Positions 18,779-28,182 of a stretch of 64,000 nt of DNA are shown in pieces. Every line of letters starts with the position of its first letter. Position 1 is the stretch's first letter. The DNA lies in assembly GCA_045535075.1 (NCBI GenBank), contig JAZSKX010000013.1, positions 1 through 64,000 on the forward strand. Reading direction: 5' to 3'. The notes under the pieces are model-generated. The model saw only the letters and a program-made list of their open reading frames with translations. It ran no database searches and was not told the DNA's origin. The stretch is from Candidatus Spyradenecus sp. (lineage in GTDB: Bacteria; Verrucomicrobiota; Verrucomicrobiia; Opitutales; UBA953). A program made the translations under genes and the position numbers.

Positions 18779-21592
18779 ATGAATAAGAATCTAAGCGATT
18801 ACGCGAAGGCGCTATCGGAGTTAAGCTCCGAAGATATTTACACGGGACTTGTTGGCTACGGATTATTTCCTGAAAAACTACCTCCAATTTTCACTTCCGA
18901 AAAATTTGAGAGATTATGTCGTGGCGATGGGAAAAGCACTTTTTACACTGATAGTGTTTGTGATTATATCGTTCATGAAAGTATTCGAAATACGAATGTC
19001 CCTCGTGTTATGGGGATTCCGAATCCGTTTGCGTACCATAATTTAGCCAGCAGGGTTAAAGATAATTGGCAAAAGATTGTTGATTATTTTAAGGAAAAGA
19101 CAGAAGGGAATCTTCATAAGGTAAGCAAAATTCATCTGCGAAAAATCAAAGGGAAGAAATGTATATTTGAGATGAATTATAAAAATCATCGTACAGATGA
19201 TTATCCGGAATTAGATCTTAGAATCGGAGCGAAATATTTAGTTAAAGCGGATATTTCAAATTGCTTTCCGAGCATGTATTCTCACGCTCTTGCATGGGCT
19301 CTCGTCGGGAAAGAGATCGCGAAAGAGAATAGCAGAAGTAAGAAGGAATGGTATAACGAGTTAGACAAACTGTCCCGGTATATAAAAAACAACGAAACAA
19401 ATGGTTTTTTAATTGGGCCTCATGTTTCAAACCTACTTTCCGAAATAATTCTCGTGGCGGTAGACGACAGCTTGCGGAAAAACCATGGCAGCGAGGTGAA
19501 TTATTTTCGAAATATTGACGATTATTCGTTTTATGCGAAAAGCCGCGATGAGGCGGAGCGGTTTTTGGTGAGTTTGAGGGAAGCATTACGTGAGTATGGG
19601 TTGTCCTTAAATCACAAAAAAACGGAGATAATAGAACTTCCGTTGATGCGACCTGAGTCATGGGTGAATGAAATTAATGACTTTTTAGCGTTTTGTCCGT
19701 CTAAGCGTTTTGAAAAAGGTCGGTTGCAGGCGTTCGTGAACAAAGTTGTACTGCTTTTTAAAAACAACGGAGAGAATAGCGCGATCATCAATTATGCAAT
19801 GAAAGCGATTCGAGAACGTTCGGCTGATTCCCATGGTCGAGAATATTACATAAAAACGATATTTCATTTATCTCATCTTTACCCCTATATTTTCCCGCTT
19901 TTAGATAAAAATTTATTTGAGCCTTTTGATGTAGAGGTCGGGGATATCCGTACGCTTTCCTGGAAAATGTATGAGCTTGCCATGAAGGTTCGAAATTACG
20001 AAGCGGCAAGCTATTCTATTTATTACGCTCTTAAGTATGGATTTAGACTATCAAAGGTAGATTTTGACCGTATAAAAAACTCCGGAGACTGTGTTTTATT
20101 GATATTGGCATGGAGGTATTCCGTACGATTTCAGTTAAAGAGTGAGCAAGACAAATACACGGATTTGGCGAAGGATTTGTTGAAACGTGATTTTGATCGT
20201 TACTGGGTTTTTGTGTACGAAGCATTAGGCGATTCGGATCTCAAGGAAATCGACTCCGGAAAAAACAAATTCAAAGATCAGTGGGTGGCGCTAAAGAAGA
20301 AAAGCATATCTTTCCTTCTTTCTGACGAAGAAGTACGCGCTAAAGTATCTCCAAATAGCAAGACAATGCACATAAATTTGGAAGGAGGGGATTATGACGA
20401 TGAGAGGGCAATCGCGCTTTCGAAAGAAATTTGGAGACAGGCAGGGAAAGATCTTGTAGGGTTCGACGCGGAGGAGGGAGAGCGCTGTTTAAGGTTGCTT
20501 TTGAGAAATTTATTTTTAGGGTTTGTTTCAAATTCAAATATTTCTATATCGAGGGAAAGGTTTAAAAATTCAAAATTCCTTTCGCTTTTGGATTGGATGA
20601 AGGACAATAACTATTTGGGAGAACGGCTTGGGAGAAAACCTGATGCAGGAGAAAAAGGACGCCTCTCATGCTATTGGGCTAAGGAAAAATTGCATGAGCA
20701 CTTCCATTTATTTGGAAAGGACGTGGCACCTTTGGAGGGGCAAGATGATTATTTCGTTGAGTTGAGGATGACAGATAAAAGGATATGCAAGGTACGGTTT
20801 CGTTCAGAAAAAGAGCAAAGGTATCAAAAAGGGCTTAGCGATCTTAACGAATTTTATAAAGGATTTAAGTTTACATACAGATCTCCACAGCTAAAAGAAC
20901 GGATACGGTTTTATCCGTTTCTCAAAGCTATTTTTAATAGGGCTTCGTGGGATTGTGGCGGGCGATTGTATTCTACCGGAGGGAATGGAATCAGTTACCA
21001 AAGCTTACCGTCGGATATCAGAATGAGCATTAGAATAGGTGGGAAAAAGACCGTAGAACTAGATTTTTCGGGGATGCACATAGCAATGCTTTATGCGAAA
21101 GAAAAAGTGAATGTTCCTGAGCAGATTTATGATTTTATGGGGACAGAGTTGATCCCGCTTATCAAGCATTTGACAATGGTTCTAATTAATAGCAGAACCG
21201 AGGAAGTTGCGCTAAACGAGGTTCGCTTCAAGGAGAGGGAGTTAGAGCAGTATTTAGGGGAAATCAGTGATAAGGATGCTTCTCTTTTGTCCGCGATTAA
21301 GGCGATGAGAGGAAGAGAAAAAGAAAATACATTTGAGGATTTAGTTGGTAAGATAAAAGAACATCATAAACCCATTGAGAAATATTTTGGAAGTGATTGT
21401 GGCGTGAGACTTCAGAATAAAGATTCTATCATTGCACTGGAGATACTTGAAGAATTTGCGAAACAAGGTATTCCTGTCTTGCCTGTGCATGATTCTTTTA
21501 TCATCCAGAAAGAGTATGAGGGAAATCTGAGGAATGCAATGGATAGGTTGTTCAAAAAGCACAATAATGGATACCCTTGTGAAATTCATTAA
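18779..21592 (+). CDS. defence-associated reverse transcriptase (DRT4/UG-Abi-like) fused to family-A polymerase-like domain
   Basis: RT: RNTNVPRVMGIPNP, ADISNCFPSMYSHALAWAL (D158), GFLIGPHVSNLLSEI, YFRNIDDY (D247/D248), LSLNHKKT; C-terminus: GGRLY (727-731), VELDFSGMH (D762), IKHLTMVLIN (K796), RLQNKDS, PVHDSF (D905). Confidence 0.85.
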   Translation: MNKNLSDYAKALSELSSEDIYTGLVGYGLFPEKLPPIFTSEKFERLCRGDGKSTFYTDSVCDYIVHESIRNTNVPRVMGIPNPFAYHNLASRVKDNWQKIVDYFKEKTEGNLHKVSKIHLRKIKGKKCIFEMNYKNHRTDDYPELDLRIGAKYLVKADISNCFPSMYSHALAWALVGKEIAKENSRSKKEWYNELDKLSRYIKNNETNGFLIGPHVSNLLSEIILVAVDDSLRKNHGSEVNYFRNIDDYSFYAKSRDEAERFLVSLREALREYGLSLNHKKTEIIELPLMRPESWVNEINDFLAFCPSKRFEKGRLQAFVNKVVLLFKNNGENSAIINYAMKAIRERSADSHGREYYIKTIFHLSHLYPYIFPLLDKNLFEPFDVEVGDIRTLSWKMYELAMKVRNYEAASYSIYYALKYGFRLSKVDFDRIKNSGDCVLLILAWRYSVRFQLKSEQDKYTDLAKDLLKRDFDRYWVFVYEALGDSDLKEIDSGKNKFKDQWVALKKKSISFLLSDEEVRAKVSPNSKTMHINLEGGDYDDERAIALSKEIWRQAGKDLVGFDAEEGERCLRLLLRNLFLGFVSNSNISISRERFKNSKFLSLLDWMKDNNYLGERLGRKPDAGEKGRLSCYWAKEKLHEHFHLFGKDVAPLEGQDDYFVELRMTDKRICKVRFRSEKEQRYQKGLSDLNEFYKGFKFTYRSPQLKERIRFYPFLKAIFNRASWDCGGRLYSTGGNGISYQSLPSDIRMSIRIGGKKTVELDFSGMHIAMLYAKEKVNVPEQIYDFMGTELIPLIKHLTMVLINSRTEEVALNEVRFKERELEQYLGEISDKDASLLSAIKAMRGREKENTFEDLVGKIKEHHKPIEKYFGSDCGVRLQNKDSIIALEILEEFAKQGIPVLPVHDSFIIQKEYEGNLRNAMDRLFKKHNNGYPCEIH

Positions 21593-21605
21593 AATTTAAA
21601 TCATT

Positions 21606-22229
21606 ATGAACGACAAAAAAGGCTACGTTTACATTTTGACGAATCCGAGTTTTCGGGAAGATTGGGTGAAAATCGGAAAAAGTTCACGCCCGGTCGATGT
21701 GCGTTCAAAGGAATTAGATAATACGGCGGTTCCGCTTCCGTTTGAGATTTTTGCGACGCTCAAAACCTCGAAGTATCATTTGGTTGAAAAACAAATTCAT
21801 AAGATGATTGATCGTCTGACGGATTTACGGATTCGGCAAAATCGGGAGTTTTTCAATGTTTCTCCGCAGTTGGCATTTGAGATATTGAAAGATGCCGCAT
21901 CCACGCTTGATGATGCGGAGATAAAGCTGTTTTCCGGAGTAGAGGACGCTGAACATGCGCCGCCACGGCGTCCGCCGTTTAAATTCAGCATGGCGGGTGT
22001 TAAGATTGGTGAGAAAGTCACGTTTGTTCCTGCCAAAATAGAAGTAACGGTGGCAAGTGAGAAGCACGTCGAGTACGAGGGACGGCTTTATACGCTTTCG
22101 GCGTTTACGGGAACGTTCATGCCGGAGTCCGAGCTAAATTCTTCGGGCGCTTACCAAGGACCGAAATATTTTACTTACAAAGGAAAAACGCTCAGCGCTC
22201 TTCGCCGGGAACGGGAATCCGGCAAATAG
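21606..22229 (+). CDS. GIY-YIG nuclease family (T5orf172-like) protein
   Basis: GYVYILTN..WVKIGKS, LDNTAVPLPF, NREFF; separate C-terminal domain after RRPPFKF. Confidence 0.85.
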   Translation: MNDKKGYVYILTNPSFREDWVKIGKSSRPVDVRSKELDNTAVPLPFEIFATLKTSKYHLVEKQIHKMIDRLTDLRIRQNREFFNVSPQLAFEILKDAASTLDDAEIKLFSGVEDAEHAPPRRPPFKFSMAGVKIGEKVTFVPAKIEVTVASEKHVEYEGRLYTLSAFTGTFMPESELNSSGAYQGPKYFTYKGKTLSALRRERESGK

Positions 22230-22410
22230 CTGTTTGCCATTCCGGAAAAGGATTTTTTGGAATTCTTTTTTCAGGTAAAACAGGCGTTGAAGGCATGCAA
22301 ACGAGCTAAACGAGCCTCCGCCCTGGAGAGATATTAGATACCACGCTGCGGAACGATCAATTTGCACTCTACGTTCACGCGGAAGCGATTCCTTCGTCCC
22401 AAGGCATTGT

Positions 22411-22497
22411 TGCGCTTTTCAAGCGCATATCTCTCGTCGGTGTTCCCGCAGGTAGCTTACGCCACCTGCGGTTATTTTTGTTCGGCTTTTTAAGCCG
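22411..22497. repeat. REP-like triple hairpin
   Basis: TGCGCTT-ttc-AAGCGCA, CCGCAGGT-10 nt-ACCTGCGG, CGGCTT-ttt-AAGCCG. Confidence 0.6.
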
Positions 22498-22829
22498 GCA
22501 CAAATCCGCTAAGCCGCAACGTTTTTTTTCAAAACAGAGAAACAATGTAGAGGTTTTTCTAAAAAATTATCCGTGAAATTCCGTGTGTTCCATGGTTTGG
22601 AAAAGTTTGTGCATCACGCGCGAGCGGTCTGGGAAAGTCGCTGGAAGCTCCAATTTTCAGTTTTCAACTCTCGCCCGGACGCCGCATGCGCACTCGCTTT
22701 GCTCGTTTGCCAATTACGCTTTCGGTTAAAATGTCTCTTAAAAATTCACGGTGTTTATTTAATATATTTTAATTATCTTATTAAAAAATATTTTACTTTC
22801 GGGGAGTTGGCGGATAGATTTGAAGAATC

Positions 22830-23600
22830 ATGAGTACGCTGAAAAATCTTCGTTTGAGAGCCGGATTTACGCAGGACGCGCTTGCGGGAGAGATTGGCGT
22901 TTCGAAGCAGACGCTGATTGCCTACGAGAAAAATCCCGCGAATATTCCGGCGGGAAAGGTGGCGGCGTTGGCGCGGCTTTTTGAAGTCGATTGCGACTGC
23001 ATTATCAACGATACCGAGCCGAAAACTTATTCCTACGACGTGCAGGCAAACACGGGAACGGCGGTGCAAAACCCGGAAATCCGCATTTCGATTCCGCAAG
23101 ATAATATCGAGAAATTCAAAGAAGTTTTGCTCTACATTCTCGGGCGTGTGGGCGCGCGTCCGAACGTCGGTCAGACCGTGCTTTATAAATTACTCTACTT
23201 CATCGATTTCGATTACTACGAAAAATACGAAGAACAACTCATCGGAGCCAAATACATCAAAAATACGTTCGGACCGACGCCGGTGGATTTTGCAAAAATC
23301 ACGCAGGAAATGGAACGCGGGAACGAGCTTTCCGTAGTAAAAGACAAATATTTTACCAAGGAACAAACAAAGTATCTGCCGCACCGCGACGCAGATTTGA
23401 GCCGGTTCTCGGCGCGGGAACTCGCCCACATCGAAGATTGTCTCCGCAAATACGCGGGAATGAACGCAAAGGAAATTTCGGATTATTCGCACAAAGATGT
23501 GCCGTGGATCGTGGCGGAAAACCGCGAGCCGATAGACTACGAAAGCGTTTTCTACCGTACGCCGGAAACTTCGGTTCGACAATATGCCGATGACGAATAA
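22830..23600 (+). CDS. XRE-HTH fused to Panacea/SocA (DUF4065) antitoxin
   Basis: LKNLRLRAGFTQDALAGEIGVSKQTLIAYE HTH; LYKLLYFIDF, YIKNTFGPTP, ISDYSHKDVPW. Confidence 0.85.
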   Translation: MSTLKNLRLRAGFTQDALAGEIGVSKQTLIAYEKNPANIPAGKVAALARLFEVDCDCIINDTEPKTYSYDVQANTGTAVQNPEIRISIPQDNIEKFKEVLLYILGRVGARPNVGQTVLYKLLYFIDFDYYEKYEEQLIGAKYIKNTFGPTPVDFAKITQEMERGNELSVVKDKYFTKEQTKYLPHRDADLSRFSARELAHIEDCLRKYAGMNAKEISDYSHKDVPWIVAENREPIDYESVFYRTPETSVRQYADDE

Positions 23601-23988
23601 CGAAGCGCAAAAACACTTGGAATACCGCGAAACATCGGAATTTCAGCGGGATTTCAAGCGCCTGAAAAAGCGTTTCCGGACGCTTGACGAGGATTTCGCG
23701 GTAATGAAGAAAGCGGCGATTGAGCTTTTGCATGTCCGCAAAATCGATAACGGAGCCTGCATCGAAATCGAGGGATTTTCTTCCAATCCGCGTTTATCCT
23801 ACAAAGTCGTGAAATTCGCCTGCAAATCCTTGAAAAACAAGGGCGTGCGCAGCGGCTTACGCGCAATTTATGTCTTCGATAAAACGGCGGGAACGGTTTA
23901 CTTCGTCGAAATTTATTATCATGAAAAGGACGGAGCGGATTTGAATCGGGAACGGCTTCGCCGATTTTTGGCAACGTTCCCGGCATAA
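23584..23988 (+). CDS. RelE/ParE-like toxin
   Basis: EFQRDFKRLKKRFRTLDED, KGVRSGLRAIY, VEIYY; overlaps antitoxin stop. Confidence 0.75.
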   Translation: MPMTNNEAQKHLEYRETSEFQRDFKRLKKRFRTLDEDFAVMKKAAIELLHVRKIDNGACIEIEGFSSNPRLSYKVVKFACKSLKNKGVRSGLRAIYVFDKTAGTVYFVEIYYHEKDGADLNRERLRRFLATFPA

Positions 23989-24118
23989 TGTTTGCGGGCA
24001 TCGGATTTTCTCGGCGTTTCCTCTGCGCGGGAACGAAAAAAGGCTTTTCAGGAGGGCGTTCCTGCATTAGATTCAACGGAGCATTTTCAAAGCATTTTAA
24101 TTCTACAGCATTAGAACT

Positions 24119-25936
24119 ATGGAAGTACCTACAACCAACCAAAAACTCATCAACTGGGTGAATGAATTCGTTGCCCTCTGCAAACCTGCAAAGGTTCACT
24201 GGTGCGACGGCAGCAAGGAAGAAGCCGACAAGCTCTTCGGAGAAATGGTCGCCAGCGGTATGGCGATTAAGCTCAACGAAGAAAAACGTCCGGGCTGCTA
24301 CCTTTATCGTTCCGACCCGCGCGACGTTGCTCGCGTTGAAAAGCGCACCCTCATCTGCTCGAAGGAAAAGGAAAATGCCGGACCGACGAACAACTGGGAA
24401 GATCCGGTTGTGATGAAGGAAAAAATGCGTGCCCTTTACGACGGCTGTATGGAAGGCCGCACGATGTATGTCATCCCGTTTGCGATGGGTCCGCTCGGCT
24501 CCCCGATCGCGCAATACGGCGTTGAAATCACGGACTCCCCGTATGTCGTTGTCTCGATGCGCATCATGGCTCGCGTCACGACGGAAGTTCTCCGCTACAT
24601 TGAAAAGGACGACTTCTTCGTTCCCTGCGTCCACTCCGTCGGTATGCCGCTCAAACCGGGCGTCGAAGACGTGAAATGGCCGTGCAATCCGGACAACACC
24701 TACATTGTCCACTTCCCGGAAGAAAGCACGATTTGGTCTTTCGGTTCCGGCTACGGAGGAAATGCGCTCCTCGGCAAAAAGTGCTTCGCGCTTCGCATTG
24801 CTTCGAACCTCGCCCGCAAGCAGGGCTGGCTCGCTGAGCACATGCTCATTCTCGGTGTCAAAACTCCGGAAGGCAAGAAACACTACGTTACGGCTGCGTT
24901 CCCGTCGGCTTGCGGTAAGACGAACTTCGCGATGCTTATCCCGCCGAAAGAACTCCGTGAAAAAGGCTGGGAAATCACCTGCGTCGGCGACGACATTGCA
25001 TGGATCAAGCCGGACGCCACTGGTCAGCTCCGCGCCATCAATCCGCAAAACGGCTTTTTCGGCGTTGCTCCGGGAACGGCTATGCATACGAACCCGAACG
25101 CGCTCCTTTCCTGCTCGAAAAACACCATCTTCACGAACGTCGCTCTTACCGACGACGGCGATATCTGGTGGGAAGGCATGACCAAGGAACCGCCGGCACA
25201 CCTCATCGACTGGCAGGGCAACGACTGGACGCCCGACATGATCGACGAAAAAACCGGAAAACGCAAACTCTCCTCGCACCCGAACTCCCGCTTCGCGGCT
25301 CCGGCAGCTAACTGCCCGTGCATCGACCCGGATTGGCAGAGCGCGGAAGGCGTTCCCGTCGACGTGTTCGTTTACGGCGGTCGCCGCATGAACGACATTC
25401 CGCTCGTGTTCCAAGCGCACAACTGGGCACACGGTGTTTATCTCGGCGCCACGGTCGGTTCCGAACAAACGGCTGCTGCTGAAGGTCAGGTCGGCGCTCT
25501 CCGCCGCGACCCGTTCGCGATGCTTCCGTTCTGCGGCTACCACATGGGCGACTACTTCGCGCACTACCTGTCCATGGCGAAAATCGCCAAGACGCCGGCA
25601 GTCTTCCACGTCAATTGGTTCCGCAAAACGCCGGAAGGCAAGTTCATGTGGCCGGGCTACGGCGACAATGCTCGCGTTCTCGCGTGGATGATCGGCCGCG
25701 TCGAAGGCACGGCTTCCGCTAAGGATTCGCCGTTCGGCTACATTCCGTCCTACGAAGATATGGACTTCACGGGTCTTGACTTCTCCAAGGAAGAATTCGA
25801 CGCCGTCATGGCTATCGACGCGAACCGCGTCAAGGAACTCGCCGAAGCCAACACCGATTATCTCGCAAACACGATCGGTCACGCTTCGCCGGAACTCCTC
25901 GCGGTTTCCGACGACATCATCGCGCGTTGCAAATAA
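24119..25936 (+). CDS. pckG: phosphoenolpyruvate carboxykinase (GTP)
   Basis: [56 protein letters not shown]. Confidence 0.97.
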   Translation: MEVPTTNQKLINWVNEFVALCKPAKVHWCDGSKEEADKLFGEMVASGMAIKLNEEKRPGCYLYRSDPRDVARVEKRTLICSKEKENAGPTNNWEDPVVMKEKMRALYDGCMEGRTMYVIPFAMGPLGSPIAQYGVEITDSPYVVVSMRIMARVTTEVLRYIEKDDFFVPCVHSVGMPLKPGVEDVKWPCNPDNTYIVHFPEESTIWSFGSGYGGNALLGKKCFALRIASNLARKQGWLAEHMLILGVKTPEGKKHYVTAAFPSACGKTNFAMLIPPKELREKGWEITCVGDDIAWIKPDATGQLRAINPQNGFFGVAPGTAMHTNPNALLSCSKNTIFTNVALTDDGDIWWEGMTKEPPAHLIDWQGNDWTPDMIDEKTGKRKLSSHPNSRFAAPAANCPCIDPDWQSAEGVPVDVFVYGGRRMNDIPLVFQAHNWAHGVYLGATVGSEQTAAAEGQVGALRRDPFAMLPFCGYHMGDYFAHYLSMAKIAKTPAVFHVNWFRKTPEGKFMWPGYGDNARVLAWMIGRVEGTASAKDSPFGYIPSYEDMDFTGLDFSKEEFDAVMAIDANRVKELAEANTDYLANTIGHASPELLAVSDDIIARCK

Positions 25937-25964
25937 GAAAAGCTTAAAAACTAAAGCTTAAAGA

Positions 25965-26005
25965 AGAGCGTTCCCGTGATTCATTTCGCGGGAACGCTTT
26001 TTTTT
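25965..26005 (+). terminator. intrinsic terminator built from inverted CGGGAAC motifs
   Basis: AGCGTTCCCGTGA-ttcatt-TCGCGGGAACGCT followed by T-run. Confidence 0.85.
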
Positions 26006-26060
26006 GTTTTCAGTTTCGTCGAGTCGCCCTTACGAATTCGCAGGCAGAAAAGGGCGGGGA

Positions 26061-27242
26061 TTAGTCGAGCGCGTCCAGGACGGCTCCGGCGATAGCGTCG
26101 GCGACGAGGCGTCCGCGTGCGTTTAATGCTAAAATATCGGGAGAGTCGGCGGCGATTTCGCTGAGGTAATTTTCGTCGTGCAAAGCCGATTTCAATTCGA
26201 CGAGCGATTCCGGAATTTCAGATTTCCCAAGAAAGCGTTTTGCCAGTCCGGAGAGGCAAACACCTTCGTTGAGTCTGAGTCCGAAGATGATCGCGTCTGC
26301 AAAAAGTTGATTTCCGTCGAGAATCGTCTCGTCAACGCGCACGGGAACGCCGGAGGCGAGCCCGTCGAGCCAGAGCGGGAGGTTGGCGGGATTGGCAAAT
26401 CGTTTTCCGAAGCATTGCGATGCGGCGGCGGGACCGTAGCCGAGCCATTCGTGCATACGCCATGTATTTAAATTATGCATACAAATATTTTCCCCGTGTG
26501 CATGATTGGCGATTTCGTATTGCTTGTAGCCGGCGGCGGCAAGTTTTTCCCATGTTTCCAAATATAATTCCGCTTCGCGCTCGGGGGATTTTTCTGCGGG
26601 ATCGAAGCGCGGTGACTGTTGTAGACGTGCAAGTAGCGGAGCCTCCTCTTCGAGCATTAGGCAGTAGGTCGAAAGGTGTTCGGGAGCGAGGGAAATCGCC
26701 TGTGCAATATCGCTGTGCCAGCGTGAATGATTTTCTCCGGGAACGGAAAAAATCAGATCGAGGTTTACGTTGGAAAATCCGGCGGCGCGAATAGTCTCAT
26801 AGGCGGAAAAAATTTTTTTCGGTGCGTGGCGTCTGCCGAGGAGGGCGAGTGTTTCTGCATCGAACGACTGAACGCCCATTGAAATGCGATTTACGCCGAT
26901 ATTTTTCAGCGCCTGCATCTTGTCGGCGCGGACGGTTGCAGGCGCGAGCTCGACACTCCATTCTTCGGGAGCGTTCCCGCGATTGGCTTTCAGGAGGATT
27001 TTCCCGAGTCGTTCGAAGTCGGATGCCGTCAAAATTCCCGGTGTTCCGCCCCCGATGAAAAACGTATTTGCCGGACGCGGGAGCGGAATCAACTCTGCTT
27101 CCCGCTCGATGCCGCGAAGCCACGCATCAATTGCTTCCCGCTTGGGCGCTTCCTTGTAAAACGCGCAATAGTCGCACGCGTTCCCGCAAAACGGAACGTG
27201 TACATAGAGACCGAGCTGAGTGCCATTATTTGTATTTTTCAC
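26061..27242 (-). CDS. hemW: radical SAM heme chaperone HemW
   Basis: LYVHVPFC..ACDYCAF, GGGTP, RISMGVQSF, YEIANHA, HNLNTW; lacks HemN N-terminal PRYTSYP. Confidence 0.85.
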   Translation of the reverse strand: MKNTNNGTQLGLYVHVPFCGNACDYCAFYKEAPKREAIDAWLRGIEREAELIPLPRPANTFFIGGGTPGILTASDFERLGKILLKANRGNAPEEWSVELAPATVRADKMQALKNIGVNRISMGVQSFDAETLALLGRRHAPKKIFSAYETIRAAGFSNVNLDLIFSVPGENHSRWHSDIAQAISLAPEHLSTYCLMLEEEAPLLARLQQSPRFDPAEKSPEREAELYLETWEKLAAAGYKQYEIANHAHGENICMHNLNTWRMHEWLGYGPAAASQCFGKRFANPANLPLWLDGLASGVPVRVDETILDGNQLFADAIIFGLRLNEGVCLSGLAKRFLGKSEIPESLVELKSALHDENYLSEIAADSPDILALNARGRLVADAIAGAVLDALD

Positions 27243-27297
27243 GGATTGATAATCTTTAAGCTTTAATCTTTGGGCGTTAATCTTTCAATTATCTTTC

Positions 27298-28125
27298 ATG
27301 ACGGGAAGGGCGCCCATAGGTATTTTTGATTCCGGCTACGGCGGACTTACGGTTTTTCAAAAAATCCGGGAAGTTTTGCCGAGCTACGATTTTATTTACT
27401 TGGGGGATAATGCGCGTGCGCCTTACGGTTCGCGTTCGTTTGACGTTGTTTACGAATTTACGCGGCAGGCGGTTTTTCGGCTTTTCGAAATGGGTTGTCC
27501 GCTTGTAATTTTGGCGTGCAATACGGCTTCCGCCAAGGCGCTTCGGACGATTCAGCAAAATGACTTGGCGCGCGGGAACGATCCGACTCGGCGCGTGCTT
27601 GGTGTGATTCGCCCGACGGTTGAACGCTTGGGCGAATTGACGCAGACGCGGCGCGTGGGAATTCTCGGGACGACGGGAACGATTGCTTCCGAGTCTTACA
27701 CGCTCGAGATCGCGAAGCTTTTTCCGCAAATCCGCGTTACGGGAGAAGCCTGTCCGATGTGGGTTTCGCTCGTCGAAAATCGTGAAGCCGATTCGCCGGG
27801 AGCCGATTATTTTATTCGGAAAAATATCGAAAACCTGTTTTCCCGTGATCCGGAAATCGACACAATCGTGCTTGCGTGCACGCATTATCCGCTTTTGATG
27901 AGAAAAATCCGAAAACACGTTCCCGCAGGCGTAAAGATATTCCCTCAAGGCGACTGCGTGGCGAATGCGCTTGCAGACTATCTTTCCCGCCATCCGGAAA
28001 TGGATGCACGCATATCACAAAACGGGCGTACGCGTTTCTTCACGACAGAATCCGCAGAGCGCTTTTCCGCGAATGCTTCTTTTTTCCTTGGCGAGCCTGC
28101 CGTTGCCGAGAAGATTTTCCTTTAA
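27298..28125 (+). CDS. murI: glutamate racemase
   Basis: IGIFDSGYGGLTV, PYGSR, ACNTAS, LACTHYP. Confidence 0.96.
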   Translation: MTGRAPIGIFDSGYGGLTVFQKIREVLPSYDFIYLGDNARAPYGSRSFDVVYEFTRQAVFRLFEMGCPLVILACNTASAKALRTIQQNDLARGNDPTRRVLGVIRPTVERLGELTQTRRVGILGTTGTIASESYTLEIAKLFPQIRVTGEACPMWVSLVENREADSPGADYFIRKNIENLFSRDPEIDTIVLACTHYPLLMRKIRKHVPAGVKIFPQGDCVANALADYLSRHPEMDARISQNGRTRFFTTESAERFSANASFFLGEPAVAEKIFL

Positions 28126-28164
28126 AAAAAGCGTTCCTGCGACACGGGCCGCGGGAACGCTTTT
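28124..28164. terminator. bidirectional terminator between murI and purF built from the motif
   Basis: AAAAAAAGCGTTCCTGCG...CGCGGGAACGCTTTT. Confidence 0.8.
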
Positions 28165-28182
28165 GTCGGAAATTTCCACGAA

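Noticed and set aside
18779..21592. Retron, group II intron, DGR or CRISPR-associated RT
   Set aside because: No room for msr-msd upstream (12-nt gap), no VTG/NAxxH, no YADD or maturase domain, no TR/VR pair, no cas1.
23654..25882. 742-aa minus-strand ORF and other long antisense ORFs (e.g. 33630-35177, 36518-37735, 40762-41967)
   Set aside because: Shadows of well-supported genes caused by codon bias; no recognisable motifs.
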